A DNA stretch of 59,879 nucleotides, filler included, from Sphacelaria rigidula (lineage: Eukaryota), in NCBI GenBank assembly GCA_964200075.2. It is 9 parts of 9 records of this genome, joined end to end, with 100 filler letters (N's around TTAATTAATTAA, not from the genome) between each part and the next. Parts side by side here need not be neighbours in the genome. Positions count along the whole stretch, not along the records: positions 6,666 to 13,230 come from CAXNAA020019318.1; positions 13,331 to 19,895 come from CAXNAA020019319.1; positions 19,996 to 26,560 come from CAXNAA020019320.1; 6 more parts are not named here. One strand, given 5' to 3'. The position numbers and the translations under genes were made by a program. Below, piece by piece: positions 12,415-23,275 of the stretch (positions are counted from its first letter, which is position 1; each line of letters starts with the position of its first letter). The notes below the pieces were generated by a model. It worked only from the letters and a program-made list of their open reading frames with translations, searched no databases and was not told where the DNA came from.

Positions 12415-13162
12415 TCGCCCACGCGGCCATTTGGCTACCTCAAAACTTCCTTCAGGTGAGTACACTTTTCGAGCCTCCGGAGGAATTAAATGCCTCCGGA
12501 GGGATGCGCGACCCTCCAGAGAAGATTTTCTGGTTCCCTCCAGAAGGGTCGAACGCCTCCGGAGGCTTATTCTTGACCCCGGAGCGCCCCGCATACCCCC
12601 AAATTCCTCCGGAGGGGTGCGCGGCCCTCCGGGTCGGTAGAGTTTGGTTTCCTCTAGAGGGATGGAAGGCCTCCGGAGGCTTGTTTCACACGCGGCCATT
12701 CGGCTACCCCCTTAAAAATCCTCTATTATCGCGATTTTATCCTCTCGAGGGTAAAGTGACCCTCCGGAGGATAACGATACCCTCTAGAGGGTATTGCATA
12801 CTCGGTTCCGGTCATAAAACGAATCCTCTGGAGGGCATCTGATGCTCCAGTGACTTCTGAGGTCTGAATCCCTCGAGAATAACAAGAAAGATGGTGCTCT
12901 GGAGGGGTGCGCATTCTCCAAATTCCTCCAGAGGGATGCGCGACCCTCCACAGGCAAAACCAGCCTCTGCAGGCGTTCAATCCCACCCCTCTAGAGGGCC
13001 GCGCACCCTCTGGAGGCGTTTCATTCCTCTGGAGGCTCGAAAAGTTGGCCGGAACAGGGTATTTTTGGGGGTAGCCGAATGGCCGCGTGTGTTTCCCCCT
13101 GGAGGGCCGCGCACCCCTCCGGAGGCATTTTAGGGTGTAGCGAAATGGCCGCGTGTGCACTG
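12415..13162. mobile_element. Foldback-like non-coding element with an array of CCTCYRGAGG palindromes
   Basis: Ends CACGCGGCCATT... and ...AATGGCCGCGTG are inverted; 12466-12520 is the reverse complement of ~12988-13044; more than 15 copies of CCTC(C/T)(G/A)GAGG or close variants. Confidence 0.75.
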
Positions 13163-13230
13163 TGACGGTTTAAGAGACAACCAACTAGACTACTGACTAG
13201 TCAGCGCTGACTTGGTCAGTAGTCTAGTTG

Positions 13231-13330
13231 NNNNNNNNNNNNNNNNNNNNNNNNNNNNNNNNNNNNNNNNNNNNTTAATTAATTAANNNNNNNNNNNNNN
13301 NNNNNNNNNNNNNNNNNNNNNNNNNNNNNN
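13231..13330. other. Artificial contig-joining spacer
   Basis: 44 N + TTAATTAATTAA + 44 N. Confidence 0.99.
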
Positions 13331-15082
13331 GCGAGGTTAATGGTCTTGTGACTATGGCATGCATGATCATGAGTACCCCCCCCCCCCCCCCCCACGACGT
13401 ACACACGGTAGTCAAGAGTAGGTACAAGAGGATGAAGCAACAGCGGTCAGCTTTTTTTCAATTTCGTGGGCGTGGGTTGGTAAACAATTTCATCCTGCTC
13501 CTGCATCAGCCCAACGTTGTTCGAAAAAAGTTCATGGCGCGAGGGGGCGTGCACTCCGAAAGTTGTCAAGATACACGAATACATATAAACACGTGTGTGA
13601 CTGCTGCCACACGACGGTCCAACGGTAGGATTTGAAAATACACACATGACAACCAAGAAAATAAGGTGCTGCCGAGAGCTTGAACATGAACTGAGCTGCA
13701 GTACCGCACTCTGCAACTCACGCCTCGCTGCCCTGTTTTCAGTTTTGCAACCCCGATGTATGAAACGTGTATCGTTTACACGAACCCCTACTACCGTACA
13801 AAATACCCCCCGCTTCCCCAATATCAACGCCCCCCGATAATACTTCAAGTCGCTCTTCTATCATTGTAAATTTCATACGACTTACACCCTCACTATTTTT
13901 TTCAACGTTTTTTCGTGCGTGCAGCAAAAGCGTGACGGTGGTGATAATTAGCGATGCACTTGCAGGCGACACCACCGTATGGGAGAACTCGCAGCAAGCC
14001 CTCCTGCTTCACAGCTTAATAAGTAAGGCCGCATCCATTTAGCACTCATCCAAGGCTTCCAAAAAATACCATCCAAGAAACGCACGGGGATGCCAGCAGA
14101 AAAACCCTCGCAACAGAAAGCATAGACGGTCTAGCATTGAGAAGTATTGTGTGGCACAACTGTACTGTGGCGTACCTGAAGCCCCGTGACTGAGGTAGAC
14201 TGTGCGCGTGCCGACATTGTACTCACGCGCAAGAATTTTTCGTAGGCGTGACGTGCACGGCACTGCCGAGTATCATACGGTCATTGCATTTCGTCGTTAT
14301 ACTTCTAACCCCTCCTCTTCCTCGGTACGAGTCCGCGGTCTCAACGGATCAACCCATCTCTTCCCCCCGGTATGTACCTGACATTGAAATCAAACCCCCC
14401 ACGACTACGACTCCGCGCAAACCAATTTTTATATACTGTTTTAATTCAGACCACCGAGGCGTTGCGGTTATTATGTGTGAATATACCATCGCCCCACAGA
14501 ATACTAATGCTCACTCTACATTTTCCTGGGCGTTATCTAATGCCCCCCGTCCCCCCCCCCCTCCCTTTTTTCTCCTATGCCCTCCTCTTCCCCTTGCAAC
14601 ATGTACATACATACTACAGCGGGAGCCGCACGTTAAAGCGGGGAAATGCAATATTAATGGCCGCCTTGAAATGAAATCCGCCCTCAAAATTGGTTTGGCC
14701 CTACATACCTTACGAGAAGTCGTACAAGCCGAATTCCCGCGTCGCGCTGGACCGCCATAAAAAGGACGGCCTGAAAATGGGGACACCACCGCCGCACCGT
14801 AGTATGTTTCCTAGCAGCTTACTCTCACAGTATCTCGTGCCGAAATTCTCACGAAAAGCCGACACGGCTCGTTCGGCAGGAGAACACACATGGGGAAAAT
14901 CGCACCAATACACCACCAAAGCGTGTATGTCTGTTTCTGACACACCACGCACTATCTACACACACGCACACGCACACTCACACTCACTCTCACGCGGCAC
15001 ATGTGTACATATGTACGCTCCTAGCGCTGGCGAGGCACACACGAAACAGCTAATGCAGACCCAACCGCCACCAGATGTGCCA

Positions 15083-15620
15083 TCAGAACATTTCATTCAA
15101 TGATGAATCGTCCGCTGCTGGTGGCGCCCCCGTCGGCGTAGCCTCGGCCGCCGCGGTCACCACCACCGTCGCCGCCTCCGTTGATCCCTCGCCTGCCACC
15201 TCCGCGCTGCCACTTCCCGATGCCTCCCGCACGTCCATCCGTGGCGTCGCCTCTCCTTGCTCGTGTTGCTGCACGGCTGCATGAATCGCCGCAAGCCCCG
15301 GCTGGATCGACTCCGCCTGCTGCGGAATCTCCATCGTTTCTCCTTGCTCGTGTTGATCCACCGCCTCGGTCGGCTGTCGTACTGCTGCGACTCCTATATG
15401 TATATCTTGCGATCGAATCGGCTCCGACTGGATTGACTCCGGACCCCCCCAGTCCTCCCCACCGCCGCTCCGTGCGCCGCCTCCTGCGCCGCTTTGTCCG
15501 AATTCAGTCCGTGTTACTGACCCTACATTATCCCCGGTGTTATTGCTCATGGCAGCGCTTAAGGCGGCGACACCTGATTTGCCGATGGCTCCCACGGCGA
15601 CAGGAAGCTGCTGCTGCCGC

Positions 15621-15654
<34 letters not shown>

Positions 15655-15790
15655 GGCCATGTTGGTGGTGATTTTGATGCAGGGATTGTAGCTGCTGTTG
15701 GTGCTGTAGCTGTTGCTGTTGCTGTTGCTGTTGATGCTGTTGCTGCAGGAAGTGCTGGTGCTGTTGGTGCTGTTGGTGCTGTTGTTGTTG

Positions 15791-15835
<45 letters not shown>

Positions 15836-15853
15836 TGGTGGTGACGGTGGTTG

Positions 15854-15893
<40 letters not shown>

Positions 15894-15908
15894 GGTGGTT
15901 GTTGCTGT

Positions 15909-15939
<31 letters not shown>

Positions 15940-16707
15940 GCTGCTGCTGCTGTTGCTGTTGTGGTTGTTGATGATGGTGTGGCTGCTGCTGCGACTGTTT
16001 CTGCCTGTTCAACGCCATGTGAGCACCAACAAGATCACCAGTTGTGAGCGCCGCCAGAAGCGACAGCTCTCCTGCCATCACCGCCGCACCAAGGATACAA
16101 GCCAGCCGCCTCGAGCCGGCACCGGGCTGGACATTTGGACTACCGCCACCCCCCACTGCTGCGCCACTACCGGCTTCGGTCCCGTGGATCGCACCCGCAG
16201 CTGCGACACCATTCAGCCCGCAACCACCGCTCGTCCCAATATTTATGCCAACTCCCGCGCTAGACCGCGCTCCGACCTCTCCGCCGAACCCCACCGCTTC
16301 CCCAGCCACAGTCCTCCCTCTGCTGGCCACCCCCACCACTACCGCCGGCGTCGCTGCCGCTGGATCCAACTTTGGCCCATCTACCGACCCACATCCAACC
16401 CCTGATCCAAAATTGGATGCTCCTCCGTCCGTGCCCGTCGAGCTGCCGCTCTGGGGGCTGCTGTGTGTTGCCGACTGCGATGTCCACGTCGTTGAACCCG
16501 GAAGGCTGGATATTGCGTGGGCCGCTGCTTCTGCTTCTGCTGCTTCTTCTGCAGCGACGGCGGCGGCAGCGGCCTCCGCCACCGCCCATATTGCTGTCGG
16601 TTGCGGGTTGGCGCCGTTGGCACCGCCACCGGGGCTAGCGCTGGCGCTGGCTATGTCCCCGCGGGCTGATGTGCCACCTTCCTTGCTTGCTCCGCTCGAG
16701 CCGCCAT
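15083..16707 (-). CDS. HMGR: Class I HMG-CoA reductase, predicted final exon (catalytic C-terminus plus polyQ tail)
   Basis: Contains PGAGSRRLACILGAAVMAGELSLLAALTTGDLVGAHMALNR, matching the class I C-terminal motif (GELSL.AAL...LV..HM..NR, catalytic His at 16019-16021). Acceptor CGCAG|AT is phase 1, compatible with the upstream donor. Stop at 15083-15085. Acceptor position is inferred. Confidence 0.85.
15608..16003 (-). repeat. Coding CAG/CAA trinucleotide repeat (polyQ with His/Pro interruptions, ~130 codons)
   Basis: (CTG/TTG)n on the plus strand, in frame with the HMGR C-terminus. Confidence 0.95.
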
Positions 16708-17730
16708 CTGCGTTTTTTTCTGTGATGTACAATTGCACAAATCATCACAAAGAAAACGTTCGTGTGTGACGAGGGTGGATAAGATGAGCCCCTGCTCACG
16801 GTCACAGTCAGGGCAGGCGGCAAGACTAGGGCAAAAGGGGGTGGAGACCCAAGAATGAGTGTATTTCAAACAACTTAAAGCGAACAGACGAAGTCGCTCC
16901 TCCTGCACCATGCCTTCCGCAGATTTGAACGGTTATTTTTTTCGCAGTGGGGCGCGGGACACGGCCGGTCGTTTCAAAAGGCGTCCACGCACAACGCGTG
17001 TACACCTGGTGTTGTTAGCTGTCACATGAGGCCATTGTTGAGCAACTCCTCTATGTACACGAGGGCGGTACTGCAACACGAGTGAGCACAGCAACTGCAG
17101 CGCACATTGCAATTGACTGATTCCAGTGATCCAACGAACGGACCAGAAACATCATAACGCAATACCTCCGCGCGACAACGTTGCAAATCTCAAGACAGCA
17201 CATACGCAAAGCTCTAACATGCTACTCTTAAAAGTTAGGTGCAACAGTTGAATCTCTGCCCTCTAGTAGACCTGTGACGCGCGTATTGTAGAGGAGGTAG
17301 CTAGCTACAGATGGATGACGCTCAACAAGTTATGGACGGTGACATCACAATGAGCAGCGACGGTGCGGGGCCACGAAGAAACTGAGCCGACGGCATGAAA
17401 ACTTGAAACCGAAAAATGGAGAAGCATTGAGTTATGATATCATTTCCACCTGTTCCATGTGGTGAATGTTACGGTGACGGTGACTATTGGTCTGGCAGAT
17501 AGACGCTGCAGTTAAGAATGGACTTGCTCAGGATACCGCGGGGTTACACGGCACGACATCACACACACACATAGGAGCGGCTGAAATAAATCGGCTTCGG
17601 CTCATACACACTAGACGATAACACACAAACCGCGCCAAATATACAACCAAACCGCCAGCATAAATACACAACAACAACAACAACAACGACGACGACGACG
17701 ACGACGTCAACAATGAGAACGACAACGCAC

Positions 17731-18106
17731 CAGCACCGCCACCAGTGAGAAATCCACCCGAACCTCCTCCTCCGCCTTTGGTTCCTCGGGTTCCCACTGC
17801 GCCACCGCTTGCAGCAGCGGCAGCAGCAGCGGCAGCAGCCGAGGCAGCACTACTACCACTACCGCGGGCCGCGTGACCAGAGATTCCCATGAGCTTGAGA
17901 CAGGCAGCCTGCGCAGCCAGCCCGGTACCTCCACCTACAGTGCCCACCAGAAGCGACGGCAGAGTTACGGTAACGCGAAGGTCGCCGGGTCGGCCAGCGG
18001 TGCCGATGTCGCCGTGCTTGACCTCTTCCATTAGGGTCATGCAGTTGCTGCCCTCCACCGTGTGGGCGGGGTCTTGACCCGTGGCGAGGAAAACCGCGGC
18101 GACCAC
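17731..18106 (-). CDS. HMGR: Class I HMG-CoA reductase, penultimate exon (upstream exons not on this contig)
   Basis: [27 protein letters not shown]...[28 protein letters not shown] has the GQD catalytic Asp and GTVGGGT motifs; acceptor TAG|GTG at 18107-18108; donor G|GTGCGT at 17730. Confidence 0.92.
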
Positions 18107-18281
18107 CTACGTAATGTTGTGTGCAGGGCAAGAGGGGAGCGGGGGAGAAGGGGGGAGTCCACTCGAGGAACGAAGGCCTTTGACGAAGGGGAAAAGTGAA
18201 AGTTTGGATATGCTCAACAGACACAAATTGCATGGCATGCTTGACGAGTGCAGGGATAACGAGTAGCGCGCTCAGACGGGA

Positions 18282-18315
<34 letters not shown>

Positions 18316-18779
18316 CAACAACATGTTTCACGTACCATTGCGGCACTGTGTTTGTGTATCCGGAGCCCCGCAGGCGGTAAAGGACCGAGCTTCCTGGATG
18401 AAGACTGGCTACAGCAAGAATCTGCAGTTCCCCCTCCCCCCCACACACACTAGGAATGTACTTCAACTCCCGTTCTCTCATTACTTTTTACCAGAAAAAA
18501 ATATTTAGACCTTATTTCGGTCGGGGGGTACTGCAAGCAAAACATACGTGTGTCTCATGAGCTTCACCTGTGGGTTGTGCAAAGTATATTTTTACACAGT
18601 GCACACAGTATGTTTATTTACCCTGTGTGTGTGAGGTATCTTCGTAGATACACTCCTTTCGTTTCGGTGCTTGGATTAACTTCTTTCTTCTTTCTTTTTT
18701 CTTCCCAGCACGTGTTTACGCTGTCAAGCGGACTCCATCCGCTTTTTTACTTTTTATTCTTTTTTTTTTTTCACGTCCT

Positions 18780-18945
18780 AGTCTACTGCAGTATGTCGTT
18801 CTGTTCGACTTTTTCTGTCCCTTCTCTTTTTTTCAGCGTGTGTTTCAGTTTTGTTTTGCCTTGGGCACGTCTAACACGTGACGTGACCACGACTGGATCA
18901 TGACTCCTGGAGGGTCAGTGAGAGTGCGACGATCAATCAATCAAT
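18780..18945 (+). mobile_element. Non-LTR retroelement 3' end with (TCAA)n tail
   Basis: GTGACCACGACTGGATCATGACTCCTGG...GTGCGACGATCAATCAATCAAT; homologous copies at 19215-19370 (minus), 21915-22005 and 46960-47172. Confidence 0.7.
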
Positions 18946-19214
18946 TCATCATCCACACCGTACTGTAGTTGGTTACATGTGCGCTTACACAAACGGCACA
19001 CGAGAACTGGGAGCTGACGGAAAACACCAACCACACTGTGGACAATGGATGATGACATTGTCAAAAAAATTACTGCGTGCAGAATGGAATCCACTGTCCA
19101 TTACACTAGACGCAATCGTCTGAATTGTACGCGGTACAGTTTTATGACAACATATTATTTTTGTCGAGGGTTTGAAATATACACATACTTAGGAGTATAC
19201 TTCGAACATTGGTT

Positions 19215-19370
19215 TTTTCATTGATTGATTGTTCGATTGATTGATTGATTGATGGTTGCACATCAACTGATTCCCCCAGGAGTCATGATCCAGCGGTGGT
19301 CATTATCCACAAGACAGCCGTACTCGAGATACAAACAAAAACGGAAACACCCACTGAAGGAAACGGAAGA
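19215..19370 (-). mobile_element. Non-LTR retroelement 3' end with (TCAA)n tail, inverted copy
   Basis: (TTGA)n followed by CCAGGAGTCATGATCCAGCGGTGGTCA, the reverse complement of ~18883-18910. Confidence 0.7.
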
Positions 19371-19704
19371 ATAAATATGATTATATTCGTTTCATTTATC
19401 TTGTGCTTTGCGTTTCATCACTAAGCCGTATTTGTGATTGTGCCTCGCTCCTTCACAGCTGGCCGTCGAGGAGTCGTCTTCCTTCCCAAACAGTGCGCTC
19501 CCGAAAACGTTCAATCGAAAACCTGCCTCCTCGGCGGTCTCCCGAGTACCTGAAGCCATGCGGTTGGGGCCTGTCGGAATGTTTTCGAGGCCGGTGCCAG
19601 CTCTTGACGTTTTCATCGGAGTTTTTTTTAATAATTTCGCCCCACATCTACTCCGTTTGTTTTCTATTTTCCTCTTCACGCCCCCCCCGCCCCGCTCCCC
19701 CCGT

Positions 19705-19895
19705 TTTGGTGAGACACCCATGAGGCAGTGTGTGAGCCGCGGCTATCTCTGGGAATAGCGACACCAGAAAATAAAGCAATTCATTTGAGGCTGTCATCCA
19801 AATGCAAGATCATCAGTAGCTTTCGGGCCGAAAAATCTTCGCAGGATGAAGCTCACCCTCCATGCGACTCGCCGAAGACACCACGGCGCTTCGCG
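19705..19895 (+). repeat. C-tract-bordered dispersed repeat, cut by contig end
   Basis: Aligns with 6760-7062 and 59500-59700. Confidence 0.85.
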
Positions 19896-19995
19896 NNNNN
19901 NNNNNNNNNNNNNNNNNNNNNNNNNNNNNNNNNNNNNNNTTAATTAATTAANNNNNNNNNNNNNNNNNNNNNNNNNNNNNNNNNNNNNNNNNNNN
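19896..19995. other. Artificial contig-joining spacer
   Basis: 44 N + TTAATTAATTAA + 44 N. Confidence 0.99.
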
Positions 19996-21397
19996 TATTA
20001 TACTAAAACCAAGTAATTTCCTGACGAATCATTATTTGTCCTAACCGTGAAACTATGCCAATGCAACGGATGACCCACCCCGAGGGTGACAGCTGTATGG
20101 ATGGACGAAGCCCAACAAAAATGCACAGTGCAGTACAACGCAGTACAGTACACCAAGGATTGGATTACAATATACCAAACCTCTGCGGAGCATGACTCTT
20201 ACCGTCGCCAGCTCTGAAATTGAAGCCCTTGGCCGCCAAAATGTCTTATTTGGGTCTTGCTTTCATTTTTCAAGTGAAAATTATGCCAATGCAGCAGGTG
20301 ACCCACCCTGGCGGTGATGCTTGACCCATATTTTGCGAAGATACAATTCTGAAGCTTTGTCGCACGCGACGAATGCTGTACAAACGGTACGGCGCACATG
20401 GTGACACCGATAGACTCAACACAACTAACCGACAAACAAGCATAAAAACATGCACAATAAATCTTCTGCTCCAGTACACACCACGCTCTCTACCTTGGGT
20501 TCCCTATGCGGCTGGGTTTACAAGCGGCAGCGGTTTTGTCTCCATAATTCGTCAGAGTGCATCATACATGGTCACGCACACACACACGGAACGAAGTTAT
20601 CAGGTCCCTCTTCCCAGGTTTTCCCTCCAGGCCCCCATTTGCTCTTGTCGAGGACGGCGGGTTGTTCGGGAGACGCCATCGATGGGCTGGCTTGCTTTGG
20701 CGGAGCCCAGTTCTCCTCGGCGACGAGTGCGATCCGAGTGCTGTTTTTTGTCTTGTGTGCTTCAAACCCGGATGCAGGAGGCTGACGCATCCTTTTTACG
20801 GAACGTCCCGCGCTCAACAGAATAGACGGGGAAATTACTGTCTTTGTGCAGGTTCGGAGGGTAGGCTTTCAAAACACTCGAAAAAAGAGGTATCAGCGTA
20901 CGCTGTGTCAGCGGTGTGGTGGATGTGGCCTCTGCACATGATGGGCGGTGCATGAAAGCACGATTTCTCCATCAAAGGGTGTCATAAAAAATCAAGCGTA
21001 TCCATATCGAAAAAAGGAAGAACAAGAGAACTGTCCATGGCCGACAAAATTTTGCCGAACGGCCCGGGAAAACTTCGGAGCCCAACACCCCCCCCGGTTC
21101 GCATATCTTGCGGCGTCCTTGGGTTTCATCGCGTCCGCAGTTTCTTCCTTCCCTGTTGTCTCTTTCTTTCTCCATCTCTTTCCCTCTTACCCTAGACTTC
21201 CTCTCGGTGCTATACAGAAGTAGTTTGGTGCCTTGCTTCCGTAGGGATTATGGGTGAGAGCCCATACCAAAATAGTATGGTCCGAGATAAGTGAACTACA
21301 ATCTGCTCCCACGGCCTTTTGTTCTGTTTCGTGTATGGGTGCATGTGCTTTTTGGCGCACGACCTTGTTTCACCTGAAGGCATGCTACAGGGCTGAA

Positions 21398-21600
21398 CTC
21401 ATGATCTTACATGCCGTAGTCATTAGGTTTTTGACCTCGCATTCCTACAAAGCCGGGACGGAGCATGCCGGGGCTTGGCTGCACCAGACCCGCAACCGAT
21501 CAAGTAGCGCGAAGTATATCGATGTGTTCGACAAGTGACATCAAGGGTGATCTGCATGCTGCCAAGATTTTTCGGCCCGAAGTGTACTGATTGCCTTGCA
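21398..21600 (-). repeat. C-tract-bordered dispersed repeat, minus-strand copy
   Basis: CTCATGATCTTACATGCCGTAGTCA...AAAGCCGGGACGGAGCA...GTGTTCGACAAGT is the reverse complement of the family 3' half. Confidence 0.75.
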
Positions 21601-22127
21601 CGTGGATGGCAGCCTACAATGGGTTGCTTCAATATCTGGCATCGACACTTCCAGAGACAGTCACGAATTACGCACTGCCTCAATGGTGTCTCACCATATT
21701 AACAACATGCCACAAGGGCCGACTATTTTGAGTTTTTTTTCCCCGTTATTTACTTTCGTCCATCTATTCATCGTTGTTTGTTTTTCTAGATCATCTCTAT
21801 TCCTTTTTTCTGCTTGGTTTTCATTATGCTCTTCTTTATTTTTCGTTCTTCAATTTTAGGTCGTTTGTTCATTCAATCTTTTTGTTTCTTCTACTTTACA
21901 TTTTCTCCGGACAGCGTTTCAGTCTTGTTGCACCTTGGGGGCGTCTATCATGTGACCACGGTTGGATCCATGGGGGATTAGTTGCCATAATGTGCGACAA
22001 TCATTGCACTTTGTCCAGCTGAAATAATGAGGATCCTGCGGCGGTTACAGACAAGACAGCACACCATGGCCAGCAGATGTCCATCCTTGTAACGCAATGC
22101 AATAGCACACATATACTCCTACTGGTT

Positions 22128-22482
22128 GCCCCGGTAGCCTAGTTGGTAACTGCGACACCTTCTGACGGCTGGGTCGTGGGTTCGAATCTCGGAGCGATCT
22201 GGGATTTTCTTCTCACACAATGCCCACCAGTGTAGAGCGACCATGACGTGGGTACACAAAATTCGACTTAATAATCGACGAGGGAACGGGATTTTTGACC
22301 CGTCTCGCGATAAAAAAATATAGGCAAGCACCGCAGAAGGAAGGTGGAGGACTGAAAATATATATATATATATATATATATATCCTGTGTTGACCTTCCT
22401 CCTGTGTGACCCCGGCTGGTGCGCCCACATATACCGAACGATGTAGACTGGCGTCCAGAATAGATGGGACGAAAACACACAC
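22128..22482 (+). mobile_element. tRNA-derived SINE family A, full length
   Basis: Pol III A box (TAGCCTAGTTGG) and B box (GGTTCGAATC) in a tRNA-like head, then a body shared with 43996-44364 and an ACAC-rich tail. Confidence 0.85.
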
Positions 22483-22523
22483 CGTAGCAACGCAGATTGT
22501 CTACATGTACACCCTACCGACAC

Positions 22524-22855
22524 ACACTACGCGGCCACTGGTGTGGGTCTTGGGTTAGAGGCAGTTGTCTGCAGGCAACTAGTTGCACAGGTTCCTCACC
22601 GACTAGTTCTTCTGTAAACAAGTAGTTGCCCAACATTTTCATCTAGTACTCGTCTACACTCGACTCTTTGCCCGACATGTTTTCAGTAGTTGCCGTCAGG
22701 TAACTAGTTGCTCGACAATTCCATCCAGAAGTTGTTTACACACAACTAATTCCCCAAAAATTTCATCCAATCTGCACACAACTGGTCGTCAGATATTTCA
22801 TCCAGCAGTTATCTCCAGGCAACTAGTTACTAGTTGTAGCCGTCCAGCGTGTGTG
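22524..22855. repeat. Degenerate ~40-bp tandem array built around the palindrome CAACTAGTTG
   Basis: Recurring (TTTCATCCAG)CAGTT...CAGGCAACTAGTTG units, about 7 degenerate copies. Confidence 0.6.
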
Positions 22856-22935
22856 GAGTGGTGATTCTTCAACATTTTCGTGCAGTTTTTTGGAAATGGC
22901 CAACTTTCGGAGCATAATAGAAGACATCATTTGAA

Positions 22936-23205
22936 CCTTAGCCAGCGAGCGCCGCCTCGGAACAATTTTATAGGCCGACGGTCCAGGGACACGCGGGGGT
23001 CCCCAGGGTGTGGGGGACTCGGTTTTTCACATGGGGGTGGGAGCCTTTTCGCAGAACAGCCGAAAAGCTGACCAAGTCAACCGCGTGTGTTTGGAACTTA
23101 TCCACAGAAGATTATAGGACAGGAACGAGGCCCAAGAGGGGCAGTGCCCATTCTGACTAATCACGACTATCAAAGTGGTAATTTTGTTCGCCTATAGGTG
23201 GACCC

Positions 23206-23275
<70 letters not shown>

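Noticed and set aside
15181..16769. Plus-strand poly-Ala/Val, poly-Leu and Pro-rich ORFs (15181-16047, 15851-16405, 16044-16769)
   Set aside because: They are antisense shadows of the GC-rich CAG-repeat HMGR exon.
20377..21260. Possible LTR (TGTA...TACA) followed by a PBS-like TGGTGCC
   Set aside because: There is no second copy or internal retroelement coding sequence in the window, and the PBS-like motif is 9 bp from the putative end, so the call is unsupported.
22128..22210. Functional tRNA genes (also ~37087-37158, ~43996-44060, ~56642-56716)
   Set aside because: Cloverleaf pairing is poor and each head is attached to a shared repeat body and tail, so these are SINE heads.
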